Shown here in pieces: positions 55,352 to 64,000 of a DNA stretch of 64,000 nucleotides; position 1 is the stretch's first letter, and each line of letters starts with the position of its first letter. The translations under genes were made by a program, and so were the position numbers. The stretch lies in the NCBI GenBank assembly GCA_902779035.1, contig CACZAH010000003.1, positions 619 through 64,618 on the forward strand, written 5' to 3'. Source of the DNA: an uncultured Erysipelotrichaceae bacterium. GTDB lineage: Bacteria; Bacillota_I; Bacilli_A; RF39; UBA660. The notes beneath the pieces are model-generated. The model ran no database searches. It saw only the letters and a list, made by a program, of their open reading frames with translations, and had not been told where the DNA came from.

Positions 55352-55700
55352 ACAAATGATTGATTGAGTTGGTAGCAAATTGGAGGTTATGGTTTATATA
55401 ATTTAATAATATAAACAAAAGACTAATGGCGGCACTTTCAGGTAGCGTGATGCTTACAGCACCACTAACTCTTGCAGAAATATTTTTACTGGAGATAATC
55501 TTTATATTTATATTAGCAATATAGAAATCTTGGATGTAGAATATGTTAAACAATACTTAATATCTTATAATATGTTAAAAGAAAAATTATAGTTTTGAAG
55601 ATTTAGAATTATTGCTTGAGAAGATTAAGCAAGATGTGTATAGTGATAATAATAAAGAATTTGTGAAAGCAAAATAGAAATAACAGGGAGGTTTGGATTT

Positions 55701-56144
55701 ATGAATGATTATCAATATGGTGAATACTTAAACGAAAAATATGAAGGAAATAAATCTCGTTTAATTAAAGTTTTGTGTATATCTACAATAGGTGCGATTA
55801 GTGCTTATACATTTGTTATAGTTGCTAGTAATCAGGTTAATAAAAATGCTACAATAACTTGGGATGATATAAAGAAAAGTTATGTTGCACTAGTAGAAGA
55901 AGATGGTGTTTATGTGAAGAGTTTATTAAAAATTAAGGGTAATGGAATATATGAAAATCTTCTTTATGATAATGTATATTTTGGTAATGAAATTTTAGAG
56001 TATCATGAAGCTGTTCCTTATTTTGTACAAACTGAAAATGTAAAGAGTAGTTATACTAAGAATGAGTTGGAGAATATTATTGAAGAGTTTAAAATAGGTA
56101 GTAATGAGTATATATATAGTGATGATTATGTATTAATGAAGTAG
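55701..56144 (+). CDS. membrane-anchored hypothetical protein
   Basis: Single TM (LIKVLCISTIGAISAYTFVIVA). SD GGGAGG. Confidence 0.45.
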   Translation: MNDYQYGEYLNEKYEGNKSRLIKVLCISTIGAISAYTFVIVASNQVNKNATITWDDIKKSYVALVEEDGVYVKSLLKIKGNGIYENLLYDNVYFGNEILEYHEAVPYFVQTENVKSSYTKNELENIIEEFKIGSNEYIYSDDYVLMK

Positions 56145-56150
56145 GTGAAT

Positions 56151-56738
56151 ATGGCGTATTATTTTGATAGTAATCCAGATAGTAAGAGTTGTGAACAATT
56201 AATTAAGTGTGAGATTAATGGTAGTATTTACAACTTTTATACAGATAATAATGTATTTTCTAAAAAGTATTTAGACTTTGGGACTAGGACGTTACTTGAA
56301 AGTATTGATACTAATGATATCTTTGGTGATGTTTTAGATATAGGTTGTGGATACGGTCCGATAGGAATATATATAAAAACGAATTGTAATTGTAATGTTG
56401 ATATGATTGATATTAACGAAAGAGCACTTAGCCTTGCTAAAAAGAATGCGGAATTAAATAGAGTAAAAGCTAATATCTTTTTAAGTGATATATATTCTAA
56501 TGTTGATAAAAAATATGACTTTATAATTACTAATCCACCGATTAGAGTAGGTAAGAAGATACTTTATGAAATACTATTTGGAGCTAAGAATTATTTAAAT
56601 GATGATGGAGTTCTATACTTGGTTATTAATAAAGATCAAGGGGCTAAAAGTTTAAAAAAAGATCTTGATAAGTGCTACAATGTAACTACACTGAAAAAAA
56701 ATAAAGGTTTTTATGTTTTTAAATGTCAAATGCGTTGA
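56151..56738 (+). CDS. class I SAM-dependent methyltransferase (RsmC/YbxB-like small-domain MTase)
   Basis: VLDIGCGYGPIG SAM motif and IITNPPIRVGK catalytic motif. Same rplL-MTase-rpoB position as B. subtilis ybxB. Start ambiguous (GTG 56145 or ATG 56151). Confidence 0.75.
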   Translation: MAYYFDSNPDSKSCEQLIKCEINGSIYNFYTDNNVFSKKYLDFGTRTLLESIDTNDIFGDVLDIGCGYGPIGIYIKTNCNCNVDMIDINERALSLAKKNAELNRVKANIFLSDIYSNVDKKYDFIITNPPIRVGKKILYEILFGAKNYLNDDGVLYLVINKDQGAKSLKKDLDKCYNVTTLKKNKGFYVFKCQMR

Positions 56739-56845
56739 CAGATTGAATTTATTTTGTTAAAATTATAAATTGACGACGTGTATTGTTTTTTGCGCAATAT
56801 ACGATTACTGATTATATAGTTTAGGAAAGTGTTTGGGGTGAAATA

Positions 56846-59800
56846 GTGGCTTATACAGTAAAAAAATATGGTGATTACCGTGAAAGAAGAAGTTATGCAA
56901 AAACTAAAAGTGCAATTGAATTAAACAACTTGTTGGAAATTCAAAAAAAGTCGTATGACTGGTTTATGACTGAAGGAATAAAAGAGGTATTTGATGATAT
57001 TTTTCCTGTTGAGAGTTTTACGGGAAATTTAACTCTTGAGTTTGGAGATTATGTTTTTGAAGAACCAAGATATTCTATTAAAGGATGTAAGGATAGATAT
57101 GCAACTTATGCTGCTCCTTTAAAGACTATGGCTAGACTTTTTAACCAAGAAACTGGCGAGGTTAAAGAACAAGAAATTTATCTTGGGGACATGCCTATAA
57201 TGACTGAGTCTGGTACATTTGTAATAAATGGTGCAGAACGTGTTATTGTATCGCAATTAGTTCGTTCACCTAGTGCTTACTATGGTAAAGAGATTGATAA
57301 GAAGAATGGTAAAGAGATTATTACTTCACAATTAATACCTACTCGTGGTACTTGGTTAGAGTATGAAACAGATGCAAGAGATGTAATTTACTGTCGTATT
57401 GATCGTACTCGTAAAGTGCCTATTACAACTTTACTTCGTGCATTAGGTTTGTCTAGTGATGCAGATATAGTTGATTTATTTGATGAAGATGATTATATCT
57501 TACGTACTATTGAAAAAGATGCTAATAAGAATACAGATGAAGCATTAATTGATATCCACTCTAAATTAAGACCTGGAGAGCCTTCTACTTTAGATAGTGC
57601 GAAGAACCAATTAATATCTAGATTTTTTGATTCATTTAGATATGATTTAGCTAAAGTAGGGAGATATAAGTTTAATCTAAAATTAAATGTAATTGATAGA
57701 CTTTATGGATGTAAACTTGCTGAAGATATTGTTGTTGATGGCAAGGTTATAGTAGAAAATGGTACTGTTGTTGATAAGGATGTACTTGAGACTTTAAAAC
57801 CAATATTTGCTAGTGGTTATGGTGTAAAAGAATCATTAATTAATGAAGAGTTAGATTCTTATAATAAAGTACAAATAGTAAAAGTTTACTCTAAGAAGAA
57901 TCCAGATAAGATTGTTAAGATTATTGGTAATGATCAAACTGTAGATTTAAAGAGACTTACTATATCTGATGTTTATGCATCTGTATCTTACTACTTAAAT
58001 TTACATGAAGGAATTGGTTCTTATGATGAAATAGACCACTTATCTAATCGTCGTGTAAGACAAGTAGGTGAATTATTACAAAATCAATTTAGAATTGGTG
58101 TTACTCGTATTGAACGTGTTATTCGCGATAGAATGAGTACGCAAGAGATGGAAGAAGTTACTCCTAAGACTTTGATTAATATTCGTCCACTTACTGCTGC
58201 TATTAAAGAATTCTTTGGTAGTAGTCAGTTATCACAATTCATGGATCAAACTAACCCTGTTGCAGAGTTAGCTAATAAAAGACGTTTATCGTCATTAGGA
58301 CCAGGTGGTTTATCTAGAGATAGAGCAGGTATGGATGTACGTGATGTTAATCCATCACATTATGGTAGACTTTGTCCAATTGAGTCTCCAGAAGGACCTA
58401 ATATCGGTTTAATTACTGCACTTGCTTCTTATGCAAGAATTAATGATTATGGATTTATTATGACTCCTTATCAAAAAGTAGTTGATGGTAAACTTACAGA
58501 TGAAATTAAATATATGACTGCTGATGAAGAGTTAGATTATCATATTTCACAGGCTACTGTTGAGCTTACTGATGATAATACTATTAAAGCCGAGAGCGTT
58601 CCTGTACGTTATCGTGGCGATAATATTATGGTTAAGTCTACTGATGTAGATTATATAGACGTATCATCAGAACAAGTTGTATCTATTACAACTGCTGGTA
58701 TTCCATTCTTGGAGCACGATGATGGAAAACGTGCGTTAATGGGATCTAACATGCAACGTCAAGCAATTCCACTTTTAAAAGCAGAAGCTCCACTTGTTGG
58801 AACTGGTATTGAGGCTATATCTGCGCGAGATTCAGGAGCAGTGGTTATAGCTAAATCTGACGGTGTAGTTGATTATGTTGATGCTAATAAGATTTTAGTT
58901 AAAACTAAAGGTGGTATGGACACATATTATTTAAATGGATATGAAAGAAGTAATGCTGGAACATGTTACCATCAAGTTCCAATTGTTCGTGCTAAAGATG
59001 TTATAAAGAAAGATCAAGTAATAGCTGATGGACCTTCTACTGATAAAGGTGAGATGTCTATTGGTAAGAATGTTACAGTTGCATTTATGAACTATAATGG
59101 TTATAACTATGAGGATGCTGTAATATTAAATGAAAGACTTGTTAGAGATGATGTTTATACATCAATTCATATTCAAGATTATCAAATTGAATGTCGTGAT
59201 ACTAAGTTAGGGCCTGAAGAGTTTACAAGAGATATTCCAAATGTTTCTGAGGATGCAAGAAAGAATCTAGATGAAAATGGTATTATTCGTATTGGTACTG
59301 AGGTTAAGGATGATGATATTCTAGTTGGTAAGGTTACTCCTAAGGGAATGGCGGAACTTACTAGTGAGGAAAAATTACTTCACGCAATCTTTGGTGAGAA
59401 GACTCGTGAGGTAAGAGATACTTCCCTTCGTGTTCCACATGGTGGAGAAGGTATTGTACATGATATTAAGATATTTACTAAGGAAGATACAGATGAACTT
59501 CCAGCTGGTGTATCTAAGATAATTCGTGTATATATTGCTCAAAAACGTAAGATTACTGTTGGAGATAAGATGGCTGGACGTCACGGTAATAAAGGTGTTA
59601 TTTCGTTAATTTTACCTAGTGAAGATATGCCATATATGGCTGATGGTACACCAATTGATATTTTACTTAATCCACTTGGAGTTCCATCTCGTATGAATAT
59701 TGGACAAATTCTAGAGATGCATTTAGGTGCAGCGGCTAAGGAGTTAAATATTCATGTTGCAACTCCAGTATTTAGTGGTGCTAATAGAGAAGAGATTCTT

Positions 59801-60424
59801 GATGCGTTAAAAGAAGCAGGACTTGCTCCCGATGGTAAGATGGTACTATATGATGGGCGTACTGGTGAACCATTTGATAATAGAATTAGTGTTGGTGTAA
59901 TGTATATGATTAAACTACACCACATGGTTGATGATAAACTTCATGCTAGATCTACTGGACCTTACAGTTTAGTAACTCAACAACCACTTGGTGGTAAAGC
60001 ACAATTTGGTGGTCAGAGATTTGGTGAAATGGAAGTTTGGGCATTATATGCTTATGGTGCGGCTCACGTACTTCAAGAGATGATGACTACTAAGTCAGAT
60101 GATGTTGTTGGCCGTGTTAAAGTATATGTCCAAGCACTTGGACTTGATATTACAGTATTAAATGAATATGGTAATTTTGAAGAATTACGTGACTTAGAAG
60201 AAGCAGAAAATGATGATTCTAAGGATAGTACAAAACAAGAAGAAGTAATAACTAATGACATTGTTCCTACAGAAGAAGAAGATGTTTTTGAAGAATATAC
60301 TGATGATTTAGAAGAGGAATATGAAGATGTTATTGAAGAAGATATGACTGAAGATGAGACTGAAGATGAGACTGAGGAAGAGTCTAATGATGTTGAAGAC
60401 GAAGAAGAAGGGAATGAGGAATAA
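56846..60424 (+). CDS. rpoB: DNA-directed RNA polymerase beta subunit
   Basis: Full-length similarity ([35 protein letters not shown]). GTG start after GGGGTG. Unusual C-terminus; see findings. Confidence 0.95.
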   Translation: MAYTVKKYGDYRERRSYAKTKSAIELNNLLEIQKKSYDWFMTEGIKEVFDDIFPVESFTGNLTLEFGDYVFEEPRYSIKGCKDRYATYAAPLKTMARLFNQETGEVKEQEIYLGDMPIMTESGTFVINGAERVIVSQLVRSPSAYYGKEIDKKNGKEIITSQLIPTRGTWLEYETDARDVIYCRIDRTRKVPITTLLRALGLSSDADIVDLFDEDDYILRTIEKDANKNTDEALIDIHSKLRPGEPSTLDSAKNQLISRFFDSFRYDLAKVGRYKFNLKLNVIDRLYGCKLAEDIVVDGKVIVENGTVVDKDVLETLKPIFASGYGVKESLINEELDSYNKVQIVKVYSKKNPDKIVKIIGNDQTVDLKRLTISDVYASVSYYLNLHEGIGSYDEIDHLSNRRVRQVGELLQNQFRIGVTRIERVIRDRMSTQEMEEVTPKTLINIRPLTAAIKEFFGSSQLSQFMDQTNPVAELANKRRLSSLGPGGLSRDRAGMDVRDVNPSHYGRLCPIESPEGPNIGLITALASYARINDYGFIMTPYQKVVDGKLTDEIKYMTADEELDYHISQATVELTDDNTIKAESVPVRYRGDNIMVKSTDVDYIDVSSEQVVSITTAGIPFLEHDDGKRALMGSNMQRQAIPLLKAEAPLVGTGIEAISARDSGAVVIAKSDGVVDYVDANKILVKTKGGMDTYYLNGYERSNAGTCYHQVPIVRAKDVIKKDQVIADGPSTDKGEMSIGKNVTVAFMNYNGYNYEDAVILNERLVRDDVYTSIHIQDYQIECRDTKLGPEEFTRDIPNVSEDARKNLDENGIIRIGTEVKDDDILVGKVTPKGMAELTSEEKLLHAIFGEKTREVRDTSLRVPHGGEGIVHDIKIFTKEDTDELPAGVSKIIRVYIAQKRKITVGDKMAGRHGNKGVISLILPSEDMPYMADGTPIDILLNPLGVPSRMNIGQILEMHLGAAAKELNIHVATPVFSGANREEILDALKEAGLAPDGKMVLYDGRTGEPFDNRISVGVMYMIKLHHMVDDKLHARSTGPYSLVTQQPLGGKAQFGGQRFGEMEVWALYAYGAAHVLQEMMTTKSDDVVGRVKVYVQALGLDITVLNEYGNFEELRDLEEAENDDSKDSTKQEEVITNDIVPTEEEDVFEEYTDDLEEEYEDVIEEDMTEDETEDETEEESNDVEDEEEGNEE

Positions 60425-63400
60425 TGGATGTTAATAATTTTGAAGGATTAAAAATTAGTATTGCCTCACCTGAGAAGATTCGCTCATGGTCATATGGTGA
60501 AGTAAAAAAAGCTGAAACTATTAACTATCGTACATTAAGGCCTGAAAGAGATGGATTATTCTGTGAGAAAATATTCGGACCTACTAAGGACTTTGAGTGT
60601 GCGTGTGGTAAATATAAACGTTTAAGATATAAAAATATTGTATGTGATAGATGTGGAGTAGAGGTAACTCGTTCTAAAGTTCGTCGTGAACGCATGGGAC
60701 ACATTGAACTTGCTACTCCTGTATCTCACATTTGGTTCTTTAAGGGTGTTCCATCACGTATGGGACTTGTACTAGATATGTCTCCAAGAGATTTAGAGGA
60801 AGTATTATATTTTGTATCTTATGTAGTACTTGATCCAGGAGATGCACCTTTAGAGAAGAAACAAACTATTTCAGATAAAGAATATCGTGCTTACTATGAA
60901 AAGTATGGAAATACATTTAGAGTAGGTATGGGAGCAGAAGCTATTAAAGAGTTACTTACTGAAGTTAACCTTCAAGAAGAAGTAGATTCTATAAAAGAAG
61001 AGATTGATGGAATAAAGGATCCTAATAGTCAAAAACGCATAAGATTAATTAAACGTTTAGATGTGCTTGATGCATTTAGAGAATCTGGTAATCGTCCTGA
61101 ATGGATGATTATTGATGCTCTTCCTGTAATTCCACCAGAACTTCGTCCAATGATTCAACTTGATGGAGGTAGATTTGCAACTAGTGACTTAAATGACTTA
61201 TATAGACGTGTTATTAACCGTAATAATCGTTTAAAGAAGTTAATTGAGTTAGGTGCTCCTTCTATCATTATTCAAAATGAAAAACGTATGTTACAAGAAG
61301 CAGTTGATGCACTTCTTGATAATGGTCGTCGTGGACGTAATATAACTGGTGCAGGGAATAGACCTTTAAAATCATTATCTAGTATGCTTAAAGGTAAACA
61401 AGGACGTTTCCGTCAAAACTTACTTGGTAAACGTGTTGACTATTCTGGTCGTTCAGTTATCGTTGTTGGACCAAATTTAAAGATGTATGAGTGTGGTATC
61501 CCTAAAGAAATGGCTTTAGAGTTATTTAAACCACATGTAATTAATGGACTTGTAGAAAAAGAAATTGCAAGTAATATTAAGGTTGCAAAACGTATGATTG
61601 ATAATCAAGATCCTCGTGTTTGGGATGTTGTTGAAGAAAAAATACATGAACATCCAGTAATGCTTAACCGTGCACCTACACTTCATAGACTTGGTATTCA
61701 AGCATTTGAACCAAAGTTAATTGATGGTCGTGCGATTCGTCTTCACCCACTTGTATGTGCTGCATTTAATGCTGACTTTGATGGTGACCAGATGGCTGTA
61801 CATGTACCTATTAGTGATGAAGCTCAAGCTGAAGCTAGAATACTTATGCTTGGTGCGAATAATATTTTATCACCTAAGGATGGTGAGCCAATAGTAACAC
61901 CAGGGCAGGATATGGTACTTGGTAACTACTATATTACTATCGAAAAAGCTGGAGAAGATGGTGAAGGTAGAGTATTCAAGGATGAAGATGAGGCTTTAAT
62001 GGCTTATGAAAGACGTGAGATTACTCTTCATACTAGAATTGCAATTCCAGTTAAATCATTTAAACATAAATTATTTAAAGATAAATACATGGATAAGTAT
62101 TTAGTTACTACTGTAGGTAAGATTAAATTCAATGAGATTTTCCCTGATACTTTCCAATATATAAATGATGGTTCTAAAGAGAACATTACTAAGATGACTC
62201 CAAGCAAGTATTTCTTAGATCGTGGAGTTAATATTAAAGAAGAAATAGCTAAGATGGAAGTTGTAAAACCTTTTGCTAAAGGTGTACTTACTGATTTAAT
62301 TGCTGAAATTTATAAGCGTTATAAGACTACTGAAACATCTATAATGCTAGATAAGTTAAAGGATTTAGGATTTAAGTATTCAACTTTATCTGGTATATCT
62401 ATTGGTATTGGAGATATTATTTTATCAGAGCATAAACAAGAATATCTTGATGAGGCTGAAGCTACTGTTGAGAAGATTTCTAAACAATTTAGACGTGGTT
62501 TAATCACTGATGAAGAAAGATATCAAAATGTAGTGGCTGCATGGAATAAAGCTAAAGATAAGATTGCCGATGAGTTATCTGGAGTTATTAAGAATAATAA
62601 AGAAAATCCAATTTCAATGATGATTGATTCTAAAGCTCGTGGTAACATGAGTAACTATAACCAAATGGCTGGTATGCGTGGTTTAATGATGAAGCCTACT
62701 GGTGAAGCAGTTGAGATTCCGATTAAATCATCATTTACGGAAGGTGCGAATGTATTTGAGTTCTTCTTAGCCACACATGGTGCCCGTAAAGGTGCGGTTG
62801 ATACAGCTTTAAAAACTGCAGACGCTGGATACTTAACTAGACGTTTAGTTGACGTTTCACAAGATATAATTGTTAAAGAAGATGATTGTGGTACTGAACA
62901 AGGTGTAGTAGTTGAAGCATTCATTAATGAGAATGATGGTACTGTAGTAGAGTCAGTATATGATCGTATCCTTGGTAGATATACTAATAAGAAGATAGTA
63001 AATCCTGAAACTAAAGAAGTTATTTGTGAACGTAATTGTTATATTACAGAAGATTTAGCAAAGAAAATAGTTGATGCAGGTATTACTCGTGTACCAATTA
63101 GAACAGTTTTAACTTGTAAGACAGAGCACGGTGTATGTTGTAAGTGTTATGGACGTAACCTTGCTACTGGTTCTATAGTTGAAGTAGGTGAGGCTGTAGG
63201 TATTATGGCTGCTCAATCAATTGGTGAACCAGGTACACAACTTACAATGCGTACTATTAATTCAGGTGGAGTTGCTGGTGAGGATATTACTCAAGGTTTA
63301 CCTCGTGTACAAGAGTTATTTGAATCACGTAACCCTAAAGGTAAAGCTACTATTGCTGAGATTAATGGTGTTGTATCTAAGATTGAAGAAGATAATGGTA

Positions 63401-64000
63401 AATATATCATTAGTATTAAAAATGATGTTGAAACTCGTAAACATACAACTAACTATGGTGTTAAGTTAATGGTAGAAAAAGGTGACGATGTTAAAGCAGG
63501 TGAAAAACTTACTTATGGAGCTATTAATCCAAAAGAACTACTTGCTGTAACAGACCCTATCACAGTTCAACAATATATCTTATTAGAAATACAAAAAGTA
63601 TATCGTTCTCAAGGTGTTGATATCTCTGATAAACACGTTGAAATAATTGCTAAACGTATGATTTCTAAGATTAAGATTGTTAATTCAGGCGATTCATACT
63701 TCTTACCTGGAACTATGGTTAATATTAATAAGTTTACAGATACAAATAAGTCTTTAATTCTTGAAGGTAAGGTTCCTGCTACAGGTAAACCAGTATTACT
63801 TGGTATTACTAAAGCATCACTTGAAACAGATTCATTCTTATCTGCTGCATCATTCCAAGAAACAACAAGAATTCTAACAGATGCTGCAATTCATGGTAAG
63901 GTTGATAAACTTGAAGGATTAAAAGAGAATGTTATAATTGGTAAACTAATTCCTGCAGGTACAGGAGCAAGAAAATATCGTAAAACTGATTACGAACTTG
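60424..64000 (+). CDS. rpoC: DNA-directed RNA polymerase beta' subunit, 3' end beyond window
   Basis: The ATG overlaps the rpoB stop (TAATG). I translated the frame through to base 64000 with no stop. Zn finger [35 protein letters not shown], bridge helix ATHGARKG. Missing from the track because no stop lies in the window. Confidence 0.95.
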   Translation, partial: MDVNNFEGLKISIASPEKIRSWSYGEVKKAETINYRTLRPERDGLFCEKIFGPTKDFECACGKYKRLRYKNIVCDRCGVEVTRSKVRRERMGHIELATPVSHIWFFKGVPSRMGLVLDMSPRDLEEVLYFVSYVVLDPGDAPLEKKQTISDKEYRAYYEKYGNTFRVGMGAEAIKELLTEVNLQEEVDSIKEEIDGIKDPNSQKRIRLIKRLDVLDAFRESGNRPEWMIIDALPVIPPELRPMIQLDGGRFATSDLNDLYRRVINRNNRLKKLIELGAPSIIIQNEKRMLQEAVDALLDNGRRGRNITGAGNRPLKSLSSMLKGKQGRFRQNLLGKRVDYSGRSVIVVGPNLKMYECGIPKEMALELFKPHVINGLVEKEIASNIKVAKRMIDNQDPRVWDVVEEKIHEHPVMLNRAPTLHRLGIQAFEPKLIDGRAIRLHPLVCAAFNADFDGDQMAVHVPISDEAQAEARILMLGANNILSPKDGEPIVTPGQDMVLGNYYITIEKAGEDGEGRVFKDEDEALMAYERREITLHTRIAIPVKSFKHKLFKDKYMDKYLVTTVGKIKFNEIFPDTFQYINDGSKENITKMTPSKYFLDRGVNIKEEIAKMEVVKPFAKGVLTDLIAEIYKRYKTTETSIMLDKLKDLGFKYSTLSGISIGIGDIILSEHKQEYLDEAEATVEKISKQFRRGLITDEERYQNVVAAWNKAKDKIADELSGVIKNNKENPISMMIDSKARGNMSNYNQMAGMRGLMMKPTGEAVEIPIKSSFTEGANVFEFFLATHGARKGAVDTALKTADAGYLTRRLVDVSQDIIVKEDDCGTEQGVVVEAFINENDGTVVESVYDRILGRYTNKKIVNPETKEVICERNCYITEDLAKKIVDAGITRVPIRTVLTCKTEHGVCCKCYGRNLATGSIVEVGEAVGIMAAQSIGEPGTQLTMRTINSGGVAGEDITQGLPRVQELFESRNPKGKATIAEINGVVSKIEEDNGKYIISIKNDVETRKHTTNYGVKLMVEKGDDVKAGEKLTYGAINPKELLAVTDPITVQQYILLEIQKVYRSQGVDISDKHVEIIAKRMISKIKIVNSGDSYFLPGTMVNINKFTDTNKSLILEGKVPATGKPVLLGITKASLETDSFLSAASFQETTRILTDAAIHGKVDKLEGLKENVIIGKLIPAGTGARKYRKTDYEL

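Noticed and set aside
55350-55553. Minus-strand 67-aa ORF as a protein-coding gene
   Set aside because: It has a TTG start, no SD and odd composition. It is retained only as part of a possible ncRNA or decayed region (see findings).
1547-62924. Minus-strand track ORFs lying inside plus-strand genes: 1547..1861, 4881..5075, 8921..9109, 9190..9579, 10294..10536, 12440..12790, 14525..14710, 15571..15768, 17505..17747, 17587..17799, 24642..24848, 25569..25910, 26291..26551, 32779..32982, 33469..33666, 34384..34713, 40696..40932, 49892..50083, 50131..50367, 59375..59584, 60073..60261, 62319..62507, 62655..62924
   Set aside because: All are antisense shadows of well-supported genes. They have low-complexity S/L/I/F-rich translations, no SD and no recognisable motifs.
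63221-63469. Plus-strand 82-aa ORF in the track
   Set aside because: It lies out of frame within rpoC, whose own frame is open and conserved across the region.

Overview
Very AT-rich (about 27-30% GC by eye), gene-dense chromosomal segment, almost entirely plus-strand. It comes from a cell-walled low-GC Gram-positive bacterium (Bacillota). Spore-coat/Cse60-like genes and a Mollicutes-type RpoB rifampicin pocket suggest an Erysipelotrichia- or Clostridia-like spore former; that taxon is inference. The standard bacterial code applies: TGA closes several genes at their expected C-termini.

Housekeeping content: clpC-like, ftsY-ylxM, rsmE, mtaB, der, murE-mraY, topA, hup, cca, rpsP-KH, mutS, tRNA-Gly(UCC), nfeD-SPFH-CPBP, murF-ddl, and secE-nusG-rplK-rplA-rplJ-rplL-methyltransferase-rpoB-rpoC. 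rpoC starts at 60424 and runs off the window, so it is absent from the ORF track. Also absent from the track are secE, a Cse60-like gene, a 22-aa toxin-like ORF and rpsP.

No CRISPR array, transposase, integrase or rRNA was seen.

Most interesting observations:
1. A convergent small-hydrophobic-peptide/antisense-RNA locus just upstream of rpsP that has the architecture of a type I toxin-antitoxin system.
2. rpsP carries an in-frame TGA at an invariant Gly codon.
3. An orphan three-gene operon with its own promoter sits where rimM-trmD-rplS normally follow rpsP-KH.
4. A lone HerA-like ATPase sits where ffh normally follows ylxM.
5. A three-gene cassette flanked by 27-bp direct repeats is inserted into the loop of the mtaB terminator.
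6. The RNA polymerase is unusual: RpoB has Asn at the H526-equivalent position, an apparent 24-aa in-frame loss in the conserved C-terminus and a long acidic tail; the RpoC trigger loop reads TINSGG instead of TFHTGG.
7. The tRNA-Gly has a non-canonical T-loop, and an inverted partial copy of it borders a minus-strand two-gene islet.
8. An A18 tract lies at the 3' end of a gene.

All functional calls rest on motif recognition by eye. None was checked against a database.
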